The notes under the pieces are model-generated. The model ran no database searches. It had not been told where the DNA came from and saw nothing but the letters and a program-made list of their open reading frames with translations. DNA of 64,000 nt. It comes from Candidatus Pacearchaeota archaeon. GTDB lineage: Archaea; Nanobdellota; Nanobdellia; Pacearchaeales; GW2011-AR1. Of this stretch, positions 34,110-44,194 are shown one piece after another. The stretch is taken from positions 8,084 through 72,083 of the forward strand of contig JBBACR010000002.1 in the NCBI GenBank assembly GCA_041656875.1, read 5' to 3'. The position numbers and the translations under genes are program-made. Each line of letters opens with the position of its first letter. Position 1 is the stretch's first letter.

Positions 34110-35327
34110 TTATGACCTCATTGCATCAACTGGCTTTAGTTTACTTGCCTGGTAACTTGGAATAAGTCCTGCTAGTATTCCAATAAAAAATGAAAAACCA
34201 ATTGCACCTATAAGAAGAGGCCATGATAAATTAATTGTTATTATATTTTCTCCAAAATAGCTATTTGCAGAGATTGAGACAAGTAGTGAAAGCAAAATAC
34301 CAAATATTGCTCCTGCAACTCCTCCAATCAAACCAAATAATCCTGATTCGATTACAAATAAAGTTAAAATATCTGAATTTTTTGCTCCAATTGCTTTAAG
34401 GGTCCCAATTTCCTTTGTTCTCTCAAGTATAGAAGTATACATAGTATTTGCAATTCCAATTCCTCCGATAAGTAAAGAAATTGAAGCAATTCCAACAACA
34501 ATAATATTAATAATATTAAGAATAGTATTTACTGCTGCAAGAGACTGTACAGGTGTTTGAACAGTAAAATCCTCTTCACCTATTTTTTCTTTCCTATCTT
34601 TTCTAAGTTTATTTTGAATGTCTGTTGCAACTTTTTCCATATCATCTTTATTTTGTACTCTTGCAACTATTAAATCCGCTTCATCACCAATGTTTAAGAT
34701 ATCTTTCATATCGTCTTCAAACATTAAAACAACCCCATTAAGTATTGCAGAACTTCCAGGTTTTAAGATTCCTGCAACAATAAATTCTTTTCCCTGGATT
34801 TTTATTTTAGAGCCAACTGCAATTTTTTTACCAAACAAATCTTCCGAAGCAAAACTGTTTCCAAGAACAACTTTACCATGGTCACTTAGTGAAATTACCC
34901 TTCCTTCTTGGGTTTCTGTATTAAGATTTTCATAAATAAACTCTAGTTGTTTTTTATCTTCAGGAAGGCTTCCAAGATAACTAAACTCTGCATCTTTATT
35001 ATACTCTACTTTTGCGATTCTTATGAGCCTTGGAATAACAATTTCAATTCCGTTTACTGATTCAATGAGCCTTACCTCGTGGTTAGTTAACTTTTTAACT
35101 GCAGTACTTCCAGGGGGTCCAAAACCTGTTTCTGCGTTTTGAATTGTAAGAGTATCTACAGATAATGATCCAAACTGCCCTGTTATTGCAGTTCTAAGAC
35201 CATCTCCCAGGCTTATTAATGACACTACTGCAGCGATTCCAATAAATATTCCCAGTAGAGTGAGCCAACTTCTTAGCTTTCTCTTTTTCATGCTGTTTGT
35301 AGACAAAAAGAAAAGGTCTTGTATCAT
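34110..35327 (-). CDS. ABC transporter permease, MacB/FtsX-type (paralog)
   Basis: Same architecture (TSILERTKEIGTLKAIGA). Confidence 0.9.
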   Translation of the reverse strand: MIQDLFFLSTNSMKKRKLRSWLTLLGIFIGIAAVVSLISLGDGLRTAITGQFGSLSVDTLTIQNAETGFGPPGSTAVKKLTNHEVRLIESVNGIEIVIPRLIRIAKVEYNKDAEFSYLGSLPEDKKQLEFIYENLNTETQEGRVISLSDHGKVVLGNSFASEDLFGKKIAVGSKIKIQGKEFIVAGILKPGSSAILNGVVLMFEDDMKDILNIGDEADLIVARVQNKDDMEKVATDIQNKLRKDRKEKIGEEDFTVQTPVQSLAAVNTILNIINIIVVGIASISLLIGGIGIANTMYTSILERTKEIGTLKAIGAKNSDILTLFVIESGLFGLIGGVAGAIFGILLSLLVSISANSYFGENIITINLSWPLLIGAIGFSFFIGILAGLIPSYQASKLKPVDAMRS

Positions 35328-35383
35328 AATTTTAAAAGTTAATAATGCTTAATTAATCTTTCTCTCTTTTGAAAAATAAAGTT

Positions 35384-36256
35384 TTATTCTTTAAGTCTTT
35401 TGCTGTTCCTAATTGCCTTAGATAATATAAATATTAAAATTAAAGCAATTATTCCAAGAACATAATAAGTAGTATAACTTTTTTCTAAAAGTCCAAGATT
35501 TACTGCTTCTTCATTAGTATAAACCTTCAAACTCACATCCTTATTTTCATTATATTCTTTATTTGTAACATCTTGGTATACAATATTAAATGGGATTGTC
35601 AATGTGCTAGGAGCATTATCTTTAACCAGGATTGTAAGTTCATTAGTTTGAAAATCATTATTATCAACATCTCCAACATAAATTTTATTTGAAGAGAGTA
35701 GTGTATAATATGCAGAATTACCTAAATTAATCTCTAAAAATTTAACATCAGCAAGTCCTTTGTTAATTACTTTTATGGTTATTTTATTGTTTTGTCCTTT
35801 TAAAAATAGTCCATCTTCAAGACTAACATCAATAACTGGCTCAGAATTTACCATAATACTTATTAGAGACTGCTTGGTCACAAGTTCATTATTGATATCT
35901 CTATAGCTCATTACAACTGGAATTTTATATATCCCTGAACTTGCATCATTAAATGCAACTAGTTTAAATGCAACCTGTTTTGTTTTTCCAGACTCAATTG
36001 CATCAAAACCATACTGAGAACCTGAATCAAAAGGAGCAAGGGGTAAGTCTTTCAAATCAAGATTTATACTAACATCACTAATATCTTCATCTGCATTGTT
36101 TTTTAAGGCAATTCCAATATCAGTTGTTTCTCCTGGCGCAATCTGGTCGGGGCTCGTAGTAACTGAATTTATAACAAGAGCAGAACAAAGACCTAAAATA
36201 CTAATCAAATAGATTACTCCCACAAGTATTGTTAATGCGATTTTTGTTTTGGTCAT
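35384..36256 (-). CDS. Secreted beta-rich surface protein with C-terminal TM anchor (COG1361/CARDB-like)
   Basis: Signal peptide, two repeated beta domains and a C-terminal TM. It is a paralog of 37118..38002. Confidence 0.6.
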   Translation of the reverse strand: MTKTKIALTILVGVIYLISILGLCSALVINSVTTSPDQIAPGETTDIGIALKNNADEDISDVSINLDLKDLPLAPFDSGSQYGFDAIESGKTKQVAFKLVAFNDASSGIYKIPVVMSYRDINNELVTKQSLISIMVNSEPVIDVSLEDGLFLKGQNNKITIKVINKGLADVKFLEINLGNSAYYTLLSSNKIYVGDVDNNDFQTNELTILVKDNAPSTLTIPFNIVYQDVTNKEYNENKDVSLKVYTNEEAVNLGLLEKSYTTYYVLGIIALILIFILSKAIRNSKRLKE

Positions 36257-36352
36257 CTTAAATTAATTTCATCTCTTAGAATAAGCTTCTAAGGCAGTTT
36301 ACCCTAAGTTTTATAGTAGAATTAGACCTTTTTAAGGATTATTATACTCTCT

Positions 36353-37054
36353 CTATTCTTTTACTATTTTTCCATCTCTTATTCTTATTATTCTTTGTGC
36401 CCGTTTCGCAAGATTATTGTCATGAGTAATCATAATAATAGTTTTGCCTTTTTTATTAAGTTCAATAAACATATTAAGAATTTCTTCCCCGGTTTTTGAA
36501 TCAAGGTTTCCAGTTGGCTCATCTGCAAGAATAACTTCAGGATCATTTGCAAGTGCTCTTGCAATAGCTACTCTTTGTCTTTCTCCTCCAGATAGTTCAT
36601 TTGGAAGATGATACATTCTTTTTTCAAGTTTAACTTCCTTAAGTAGAAGTTTGGCTCTTTCCATTCTACTTTTTTTAGGGACTCCTTGAAAAATCATTGG
36701 AAGTGCAACATTCTCTATTGCATTAAGTGTAGGAATTAAATTAAATGTCTGGAAAATAAATCCAATTCTTCTTCCCCTTATTTGGGCAAGTCTTGATTCT
36801 GCTAAGTGTTCTATATCAATTCCATCAAGAAGAATCTCTCCTTCTGAAGCAAGGTCAAGAGCTCCAACCATATTCATCATAGTAGACTTTCCACTTCCTG
36901 AGGGACCAGTAATTGCAACAAATTCTCCTTTATTGATTGTTAAACTTGCATCATAAACTGCTTGAATAACTGAATTCCCCATCCGATAAGTCTTACATAT
37001 ATTATCCAGCCTTATTATCTCATTTTTCTTTCCATGATGTGGCTGTTTTATCAT
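36353..37054 (-). CDS. ABC transporter ATP-binding protein (MacB/LolD-like)
   Basis: Walker A GPSGSGKS, signature LSGGERQR, Walker B ILADEPT. Confidence 0.95.
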   Translation of the reverse strand: MIKQPHHGKKNEIIRLDNICKTYRMGNSVIQAVYDASLTINKGEFVAITGPSGSGKSTMMNMVGALDLASEGEILLDGIDIEHLAESRLAQIRGRRIGFIFQTFNLIPTLNAIENVALPMIFQGVPKKSRMERAKLLLKEVKLEKRMYHLPNELSGGERQRVAIARALANDPEVILADEPTGNLDSKTGEEILNMFIELNKKGKTIIMITHDNNLAKRAQRIIRIRDGKIVKE

Positions 37055-37117
37055 TTTTTAGAACTCTTTTAAGATTTATAATTTTTTAAAGAATAAAGTA
37101 TATTTAAGATTTGCTGT

Positions 37118-38002
37118 TTAATATTCAGATTTTCTTTTATGAATGTTTCTTCTATAAAGATAAATAACAAGCACTATCAATAAGACTAGTGCAATTAAAC
37201 CCAAATAATAACTATTGTTGGCAATTCCCAGTTCTGCTCCAGTTCTTATTTTTAATGGAAGTTTAAATTCCTGGGAATAATCTTTATTGAGTGAATCCTT
37301 GTAATCTACTTTTATTGGAATTGTTAAATCTTTAATATTATTTACAATCTTCAATGTAAATGTTGTAGACTGAAAATCATTAGAATCCAAATCTCCAATA
37401 TATTTTTTATTACTTGAGATAATCTCATAATCTTCTGATTCTGCTATTTCTGCAGTTAAAAAAGTTATATCTGCCAAATCATTATTTGTGAATGTAACTG
37501 TTAATTCTCCTGTTCTTTTTTCATCATAAATCTCAGTTTTTTCAATTTGTGCAAAAATCTTAGGAACACTTTTTACAATAAGGCCTATTGAATAATTATC
37601 TTGTCTTTCTTCTCCAATGTTATTCAAATAATCAATTTCAAGTGATGCTTTATAGACCCCTTCTGCAGTTTTTGGAAGAGCAATTATCTTAAAATTAAAT
37701 TCTGCTTGTTTATCTGGCTTAATTTCTGAAACTCTTTTTTCAGAGACATCGCTTATAAAAGCAATTTCAGCAGGAAGGTATAAATGCGCCCTAATATCTT
37801 TTGCAGGCAAATCTCCGTTATTAATCATTACTACTTTTAAAACTCCCTCATTTCCCGGAATCATATTAAGTGGTTCAGTAGAAATTTCTTTAACTATGAG
37901 GATATGTCCAAAACTAAGCCTATTTTCATTTTGGGTATCTAACGCAATTATATTGCTAATAAGTATAAGACCCATCAACATTAAAACAATTTTATTATTC
38001 AT
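37118..38002 (-). CDS. Secreted beta-rich surface protein with C-terminal TM anchor (paralog of 35384..36256)
   Basis: Shared motifs, for example KYIGDLDSNDFQS against IYVGDVDNNDFQT. Confidence 0.6.
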   Translation of the reverse strand: MNNKIVLMLMGLILISNIIALDTQNENRLSFGHILIVKEISTEPLNMIPGNEGVLKVVMINNGDLPAKDIRAHLYLPAEIAFISDVSEKRVSEIKPDKQAEFNFKIIALPKTAEGVYKASLEIDYLNNIGEERQDNYSIGLIVKSVPKIFAQIEKTEIYDEKRTGELTVTFTNNDLADITFLTAEIAESEDYEIISSNKKYIGDLDSNDFQSTTFTLKIVNNIKDLTIPIKVDYKDSLNKDYSQEFKLPLKIRTGAELGIANNSYYLGLIALVLLIVLVIYLYRRNIHKRKSEY

Positions 38003-38064
38003 CTCACACTCTCTTTATTATACTTAGGATTTTACTATTTAAAAACCCTTTCTTGCTTTTTGTC

Positions 38065-39012
38065 TTAACTATTTGACAATTTCCTTATTAAATTTTCAAT
38101 CTCTTCAAAGGTTTTAACTCGATTTAGTTTAAGTCTAAGTTTGCTGCTTCCAGGAAGTCCTTTAGTAAACTCTTGTGCACGAAGCTTTGCATCCTTTATT
38201 GAAAATATATTAAATTCTCTGGCGAGTTCAATATATTCAAAATAATCTTTTATTTTTTCTTCTTTAGTTTGTTTGATTATTTTACCCGTTCGTAAATATT
38301 CATTTATTTCTTTGAAAATAAATGGGTTTCCAATTGCACCCCTCCCGATCATAACATAATCACAACCCGTTTCTTCAAGCATTTTTTTAGCATCAGATCC
38401 ACAAAAAATATCCCCATTTCCAATAACAATGATGTCTACATTATCTTTTATTTTTTTTATAATGTTCCAATCTGCATTTCCAGAATATCCTTGTTTTACT
38501 GTTCTGCCATGAATTGTTATTATGCTTGCCCCATTTTCTTTGCAAATTTTTGCAATCTCAACAGCATTAATTGATTTTTCATCAAAACCTGATCTTATTT
38601 TAACGCTTAGTGGAATTTTTATAGAACTACTAATCTGTTTTACAATTTCTCCAATTTTATTTTTTCTTTTGAGTAGAGCCCCTCCGCTTCCTTGTTTTAG
38701 GATTTTATCGCTTGGACAACCTAAATTTATATCAATAACATCAAAATTTTTTTCAAGTATTTTTGCAGATTTAATCATGTTTTCAGTATTATTAGAAAAA
38801 ATCTGACACACAACCGGTTTTTCTTCTTTACATGTTTGAGCAAGATTCATAACTGCATTATTTTCTCGGGCTATTGCATTTGCACTTAACAGCTCAGTTG
38901 AAACAAGCGAAGCCCCATATCTCTTGCACATAACTCTAAATGCAATATTGGTTATATCGTGCATAGGCGCAAGGACAAGTTTGCCTGCGAGTTTTAAAAA
39001 TTCTTTTGTCAT
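38065..39012 (-). CDS. dus: tRNA-dihydrouridine synthase
   Basis: LAPMHDITNIAFR, INLGCP, and the HGRT...G TIM-barrel flavoenzyme pattern. Confidence 0.9.
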   Translation of the reverse strand: MTKEFLKLAGKLVLAPMHDITNIAFRVMCKRYGASLVSTELLSANAIARENNAVMNLAQTCKEEKPVVCQIFSNNTENMIKSAKILEKNFDVIDINLGCPSDKILKQGSGGALLKRKNKIGEIVKQISSSIKIPLSVKIRSGFDEKSINAVEIAKICKENGASIITIHGRTVKQGYSGNADWNIIKKIKDNVDIIVIGNGDIFCGSDAKKMLEETGCDYVMIGRGAIGNPFIFKEINEYLRTGKIIKQTKEEKIKDYFEYIELAREFNIFSIKDAKLRAQEFTKGLPGSSKLRLKLNRVKTFEEIENLIRKLSNS

Positions 39013-39013
39013 T

Positions 39014-39295
39014 TTATGATTGTTTCATTTTATATCTACTAATAGAATTACACCCTTTGCACTTAATGATTTTAAATCCTTCCCGAATTCTGACTTCAGA
39101 ATTTTCAGGGTTAAACATAAAATGACACTTTTTACAAAATTTTTTTCTTAATTCTCCTAGTTTGATATTTTTGCTCATTGCAAGCTTTTTTGCAGATTTG
39201 ATTTCTTTTGCAGAACTTTGTTTTAGAAAAATATTTTTAATATATTCGTTAACTTCTTGTTTTGTGAGGTTTGATTTCATGATATTTATTAGCAA
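39014..39295 (-). CDS. rnp4: RNase P protein component 4 (Rpp21/Rpr2 family)
   Basis: C-terminal zinc ribbon FCKKCHFMF...KCKGCNSISRY. Size (93 aa) and basic N-terminal helices fit. Confidence 0.7.
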   Translation of the reverse strand: MLINIMKSNLTKQEVNEYIKNIFLKQSSAKEIKSAKKLAMSKNIKLGELRKKFCKKCHFMFNPENSEVRIREGFKIIKCKGCNSISRYKMKQS

Positions 39296-39341
39296 AACCT
39301 CTTATATAAAATTAGGCATTTAACAAATATTATGCAGAAAT

Positions 39342-39542
39342 CTAGAACTTTTTGAACTTATTAATTAATTCTAAATTATCAACTTGGCCTAGAAACATTG
39401 ATCTGCAACAGTATCTTTCTAGTTTTAAGTCATCAAAAACTTTCTTAGAATCTTCTTTCTTTACTTCTACTCTGTCTTTGAATTCTTCCCATAGATGCCC
39501 TATAGGTTTTCCGCAGCTCATACAACGAATTGGAATTATCAT
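39342..39542 (-). CDS. rpoN: RNA polymerase subunit N (Rpo10)
   Basis: MIIPIRCMSCGKPIGHLWEEF...RYCCRSMFLG (66 aa). The track's 103-aa version extends spuriously into the 5S rRNA gene. Confidence 0.9.
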   Translation of the reverse strand: MIIPIRCMSCGKPIGHLWEEFKDRVEVKKEDSKKVFDDLKLERYCCRSMFLGQVDNLELINKFKKF

Positions 39543-39556
39543 TTTAAATTGAAGGT

Positions 39557-39671
<115 letters not shown>

Positions 39672-39692
39672 AATATATCTTAAAATTGAGGG

Positions 39693-39700
39693 TTTATAAA
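39693..39700 (-). promoter_or_regulatory. TATA box for 5S rRNA
   Basis: tttataaa centred about 25 nt upstream of the predicted 5S 5' end. Confidence 0.45.
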
Positions 39701-39770
39701 GGTTTTTATATTAGAAAAAAATCCGGGGTTTTCAATATTTTTTATAATCCTAAAAACTTTGTAAGAAGTT

Positions 39771-39778
39771 TTTTATAT
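39771..39778 (+). promoter_or_regulatory. TATA box for tRNA-Leu(CAA)
   Basis: ttttatat centred about 27 nt upstream of the tRNA 5' end. Confidence 0.45.
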
Positions 39779-39801
39779 GCGAGAAATTTAGGATTTTTAT
39801 T

Positions 39802-39884
39802 GCGGGGATGCCGGAGCGGTCAAACGGGACAGACTCAAAATCTGTTGCTTAGTGCTTTCACAGGTTCAAATCCTGTTCCCCGCA
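39802..39884 (+). tRNA. tRNA-Leu (anticodon CAA)
   Basis: Acceptor GCGGGGA/TCCCCGC. Anticodon stem ACAGA/TCTGT with loop CTCAAAA. Long variable arm. T-arm ACAGG-TTCAAAT-CCTGT. Confidence 0.9.
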
Positions 39885-39970
39885 TTTATATTCTTTAAAA
39901 CAAGATTTTTCAAATACTTATATTTGTAAGAATAGAAGTCACCAAGAATTGAGAAATCAATTGTTGAGTG

Positions 39971-39988
39971 CCTGTTCCCCGCATTTAT
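39971..39988 (+). repeat. 18-nt duplicate of the tRNA-Leu(CAA) 3' end plus trailer
   Basis: cctgttccccgcatttat is identical to 39872..39889, 99 nt downstream. Confidence 0.85.
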
Positions 39989-40060
39989 TCATTATGAACT
40001 TTAATAATTGTTTTCTACACACTATAATCTTAATAATCCTATTTTTTCTTTTTGAGTTTA

Positions 40061-40315
40061 ATGAGAAATTACAATTTACCCCCTAGAAAGGAACCAGTCT
40101 CAAATCAAAATTCAATACAATACTCTATAGGTCTTTTAGAAAAATCCTTAGGGATTGTTAGAGTTTTTGGGCTGGATAGTATTCCCCAAGGAGTTCGGAG
40201 TATCCTAGATTATGCAATTAGGAGGGGAGATCTTAGCCAAGAACAACTTGAATTAGCTGACTTAAAATATCATCAAGAATATGCAAAAAAATCTCTCGAA
40301 AGGTTATTCTATTAA
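40061..40315 (+). CDS. Hypothetical protein
   Basis: 84 aa from the ATG at 40061 (the track starts at a TTG at 40052). No domain recognised. Confidence 0.35.
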   Translation: MRNYNLPPRKEPVSNQNSIQYSIGLLEKSLGIVRVFGLDSIPQGVRSILDYAIRRGDLSQEQLELADLKYHQEYAKKSLERLFY

Positions 40316-40367
40316 ATGCTTTTACTATCATACATTTTTTAAACTAATCTTCTCTTTTAACTTTAAA

Positions 40368-40443
40368 GCCCGGGTAGCTCAGTTTGGATTAGAGCGAAGC
40401 ACTCCTAATGCTTAGGTCGCAGGTTCAAGTCCTGCCTCGGGCG
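40368..40443 (+). tRNA. tRNA-Arg (anticodon CCT)
   Basis: Acceptor GCCCGGG/CTCGGGC. Anticodon stem AAGCA/TGCTT with loop CTCCTAA. T-arm GCAGG-TTCAAGT-CCTGC. Confidence 0.9.
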
Positions 40444-40508
40444 TATTTTAATCTGCAAATAGCTGTAGAACAAAGATTTAAAAAACTATCAAAACTATCT
40501 TAATTTAT

Positions 40509-40580
40509 GCGTGGGTAGTTCAGTGGTTAGAATCATTGGCTTCCAACCAGTTGACCCGGGTTCAAATCCCGGCCCGCGCA
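40509..40580 (+). tRNA. tRNA-Gly (anticodon TCC)
   Basis: Acceptor GCGTGGG/CCCGCGC. Anticodon stem ATTGG/CCAGT with loop CTTCCAA. T-arm CCGGG-TTCAAAT-CCCGG. Confidence 0.9.
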
Positions 40581-40649
40581 TTTTTTTATATCTTTCTAAT
40601 GATTTTTCAAACTGAATAGGGATTAATTAAAAAATGAGGGGGTTGAGTA

Positions 40650-40664
40650 GGCCCGCGCATTTTT
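40650..40664 (+). repeat. 15-nt duplicate of the tRNA-Gly 3' end plus trailer
   Basis: ggcccgcgcattttt is identical to 40571..40585, 79 nt downstream. Confidence 0.85.
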
Positions 40665-40745
40665 ATATTGTTATAAGAATTATTTTCATCCCTTAAAAAT
40701 AACAAAGCTTATAAAACCACTTTTTCTATCTAAAATTAACAAAAA

Positions 40746-41642
40746 ATGGAAAATTCACCATCTCATATAGGTACTAAGAACTGGTATGATAAATACTATA
40801 AGCTTATCTTACTTATTCCAATAATTCTTTTAGTTCTCTCTCTTGCCTATCTAGGATACTTTTATAATAAAACTGGCGACATAATGTTAAAAGATTCTTC
40901 TTTGACAGGTGGAACAACAATTACTTTAATGGGAAATGTTGATTCAGCTGCGTTAGAATCTTCCCTGCAGTCTCAATTCTCAGATATTGCTGTAAGAAAG
41001 TTAACTGATTTGAGGACTGGTAAGCCCATCTCAATTATTATAGATACTTCTGCAAAACCTGAAGTAATAAAACCCGAAATAGAAAAGTTTTTAGGCTATA
41101 AATTAACTGAAGAAAATTCAAATATAGAGTTCACTGGACCTTCTTTAAGTAAAAGTTTTTACAATCAATTACTATTGGCTTTGGCAATTTCATTTATTTT
41201 AATGTCTATTACAATTTTTATAATTTTTAGAACCTTTATTCCAAGTCTAGCTGTAATTTTTGCAGTGTTTGGAGATATAGTAATGCCTCTTGCATTAATT
41301 GACTTTTTAGGAGTTAGAGTTTCTGCAGCAGGAATTGCTGCATTTTTAATGTTAATAGGTTATTCTGTAGATACTGATATTTTGCTTACAACAAGAGCAT
41401 TAAGGACAAAAGGTGGAACTGTAAATAAAAGAATCTATAGAGCTTTTAAGACTGGTATTTTTATGACTTCAACTGCATTAGTTGCAGTTCTTCCAGCATT
41501 CTTTATAGTTTCAGGACTTCCAGATTCATTCAGACAAATATTTTTCATCTTAATGCTGGGATTATTTGCAGATATATTAAACACCTGGCTTACTAATGCT
41601 AGTATAATTAAATGGTACTGTGAGGCAAAGAAAATAGACTAA
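40746..41642 (+). CDS. secF: Protein-export membrane protein SecF
   Basis: 298 aa. N-terminal TM, periplasmic domain, and a C-terminal 5-TM RND-like bundle (GYSVDTDILLTTR). Confidence 0.85.
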   Translation: MENSPSHIGTKNWYDKYYKLILLIPIILLVLSLAYLGYFYNKTGDIMLKDSSLTGGTTITLMGNVDSAALESSLQSQFSDIAVRKLTDLRTGKPISIIIDTSAKPEVIKPEIEKFLGYKLTEENSNIEFTGPSLSKSFYNQLLLALAISFILMSITIFIIFRTFIPSLAVIFAVFGDIVMPLALIDFLGVRVSAAGIAAFLMLIGYSVDTDILLTTRALRTKGGTVNKRIYRAFKTGIFMTSTALVAVLPAFFIVSGLPDSFRQIFFILMLGLFADILNTWLTNASIIKWYCEAKKID

Positions 41643-41643
41643 A

Positions 41644-43152
41644 ATGAAACTAACTTGGAAAATTTGGCTACTAATAATTGTATTAATTTGTTCAGGAATA
41701 ATCTTAAGTCCAAACTTTGAAAAAGGGGTTGTAATTAAGAGTGTAGAAAAAAATTCAACTGCTTTTGATCAGGGATTAAAAACCGGTTTAATAATAAAAT
41801 CAATAAATGGGGAAAACATAAATAATTTTGAAGATTATACAAGAGTTACTAACACGATTTTTCCAACTAAAAATAAAACAACTGTTAAGTTTGGAACTAG
41901 TAGTGGAGAAATCATCCTTTTTACAAATGAAGCTCCAAGAATAACTGTTGCTGATATTCCTAGAACAAAACTTAAGACAGGTCTTGATCTAAGCGGAGGA
42001 GCAAGAGCGCTTGTTAAAGCTGAAAATAAATCTCTTTCATCTTCTGAACTTGAAGACTTAATTACAATTACAAATAATCGTCTTAACGAATTTGGAATAG
42101 CAGATGTTTCAGTAAAATCTGTTTCTGACTTATCTGGAAATAATTTTATGCAAGTAGAAGTTGCAGGTGCAACCTCTGCAGATCTAAATGACCTTATTTC
42201 AAAACAAGGAAAGTTTGAAGCAAAGATTGGAAATAAAACTGTCTTTACTGGAGGAGAAGAAGATATAACTTATGTTGCAAGAACTGGGGCGGAATCAGGA
42301 GTTTATTCTTGTGGCGAATATCAAGGAGAACAGGTATGTAGTTTTAGATTTGCAATTACGCTTAGTCAAAAAGCAGCAGAAGCTCAAGCTAGTGTAACTA
42401 AAAATCTTTCAACAGATCCTTCAGAACCAGAGTATCTCAGTCAAAAACTAGACCTTTATTTAGATGATAGTCTAGTTGATTCACTTTCTATTTCAAGAGA
42501 TTTAAAAGGAAGAGTAACAACTCAGATTTCTATTCAGGGAAGTGGAAAAGGGGCAACAAAGCAAGAAGCTTACGATGATGCACTAAGTAACATGAAAAAA
42601 CTTCAAACTGTTTTAATTACTGGAAGTCTACCTTATAAACTTGAAATAGTCAAAATTGATACTATTTCTCCAGTTCTCGGAAAAGAGTTTACAAAAAATA
42701 TAATCATCTTAGGGTTGGTTGTTTTTATCTTTATTTCAATTATGTTATTTATAAAATATAGAAGAATAAAAGTTACTCTTGCAGTAATATTGACTCTTTT
42801 TTCTGAAGCGGTAATAACTCTGGCTATTGCTGCTTTAATAAAATGGAATTTAGATGCACCAGGTATTGCAGGAATAATTGCAGGAATGGGTACTGGAGTA
42901 GATGATCAGATAGTAATTCTTGATGAAGCTTCTTTTGATGATAAGTCTAGTTTAAAAGAAAAAATAAAAAATGCCTTTTTTGTCATATTGAGTGCATTTT
43001 CACTTGTAGTGGTTGCGATGATTCCATTATTCTGGGCAGGTGCAGGAATGTTAAAAGGATTTGCACTCACAACAATAATTGGAGTTAGTGTAGGAATATT
43101 AATAACTCGACCTGCATTTGCAGATATAGTTAAGCGAATAATCAAGGAATAG
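41644..43152 (+). CDS. secD: Protein-export membrane protein SecD
   Basis: 502 aa. LKTGLDLSGGARALV motif and a C-terminal TM bundle (GTGVDDQIVILDE). It is adjacent to secF. Confidence 0.85.
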   Translation: MKLTWKIWLLIIVLICSGIILSPNFEKGVVIKSVEKNSTAFDQGLKTGLIIKSINGENINNFEDYTRVTNTIFPTKNKTTVKFGTSSGEIILFTNEAPRITVADIPRTKLKTGLDLSGGARALVKAENKSLSSSELEDLITITNNRLNEFGIADVSVKSVSDLSGNNFMQVEVAGATSADLNDLISKQGKFEAKIGNKTVFTGGEEDITYVARTGAESGVYSCGEYQGEQVCSFRFAITLSQKAAEAQASVTKNLSTDPSEPEYLSQKLDLYLDDSLVDSLSISRDLKGRVTTQISIQGSGKGATKQEAYDDALSNMKKLQTVLITGSLPYKLEIVKIDTISPVLGKEFTKNIIILGLVVFIFISIMLFIKYRRIKVTLAVILTLFSEAVITLAIAALIKWNLDAPGIAGIIAGMGTGVDDQIVILDEASFDDKSSLKEKIKNAFFVILSAFSLVVVAMIPLFWAGAGMLKGFALTTIIGVSVGILITRPAFADIVKRIIKE

Positions 43153-43198
43153 GTTCTATATTCATAATCTTTAAAAACCACTCATATCTTGCTATTTT

Positions 43199-44194
43199 AT
43201 GAAAGTTTTAGTAACTGGCGGCAGTGGTTTTATTGGAAGTAATTTTATTAGATATTTGTTGACTAGTTCTGAGACTAAACAAGCAGGTATTGAGAAAGTC
43301 ATTAATCTAGACCTTCAAACCTATGCAGGTCAAGGAAGAAATATTGAACATATGGGTCTTGATAAAGACCCCCGGTATGTTTTGGTCCAAGGGGATATTT
43401 GTGATCCTTATGCTTCTCTTGACATTTTCCAAAAATATAGTCCTGATTTATTATTTAATTTTGCAGCAGAAAGTCATGTAGATAATAGTTTAAGTGATAA
43501 TAGTCCATTTTTAAGAACAAATATAGAAGGGACAAGAGCTCTTGCATTTACTGCAGCAAAGAGGGTAAAAAGATTTGTTCATATTTCTACAGATGAGGTT
43601 TATGGAAGTATCAAAGATGGAAGTTTTGTTGAAACTTCTCCGCTTTCTCCATCAAACCCTTATGCACAGACAAAAGCAAGTGCAGAAGGAGTAATTATGG
43701 AGTATACTACAAGCAGAGGACTCCCTGCAGTTATTACAAGGAGTGCAAATAATTATGGTCCTTATCAATTTCCAGAAAAACTTCTTCCTCTTTTTATTAC
43801 TAACTTGGTTAATGGACAACCAGTTCCGTTAATGTGGTCTAAAGAAAATCCAGGGCTTAATGTTAGAGACTGGCTGCATGTAGAGGACAATTGCAGAGCG
43901 ATTTGGTATGTTTCAAAAAAAGCAAATACTGGAGATGTTTATAATATTCCCGGAGACAATGAAAGAACAAATATTGAGATGACTAGGATGCTTCTTAGTC
44001 ATTTTGGGGTTGGAGAAGATATGATAAAAAAATCAGAACATAGAAAAGCCCATGATTTTAGGTATTCAATTTCAGGAGATAAATTAAAATCTTTAGGGTT
44101 TGAATACAAACATCTAAATCTCAATAGTGAAGTTAATGCTCTTTGTAGTTGGTATGAACAAAATCCATCTTGGTGGGGGCCACTAAAAAAATGA
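43199..44194 (+). CDS. rfbB: dTDP-glucose 4,6-dehydratase
   Basis: GGSGFIGSNF, catalytic YAQTKAS, and ISTDEVYG. Confidence 0.9.
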   Translation: MKVLVTGGSGFIGSNFIRYLLTSSETKQAGIEKVINLDLQTYAGQGRNIEHMGLDKDPRYVLVQGDICDPYASLDIFQKYSPDLLFNFAAESHVDNSLSDNSPFLRTNIEGTRALAFTAAKRVKRFVHISTDEVYGSIKDGSFVETSPLSPSNPYAQTKASAEGVIMEYTTSRGLPAVITRSANNYGPYQFPEKLLPLFITNLVNGQPVPLMWSKENPGLNVRDWLHVEDNCRAIWYVSKKANTGDVYNIPGDNERTNIEMTRMLLSHFGVGEDMIKKSEHRKAHDFRYSISGDKLKSLGFEYKHLNLNSEVNALCSWYEQNPSWWGPLKK

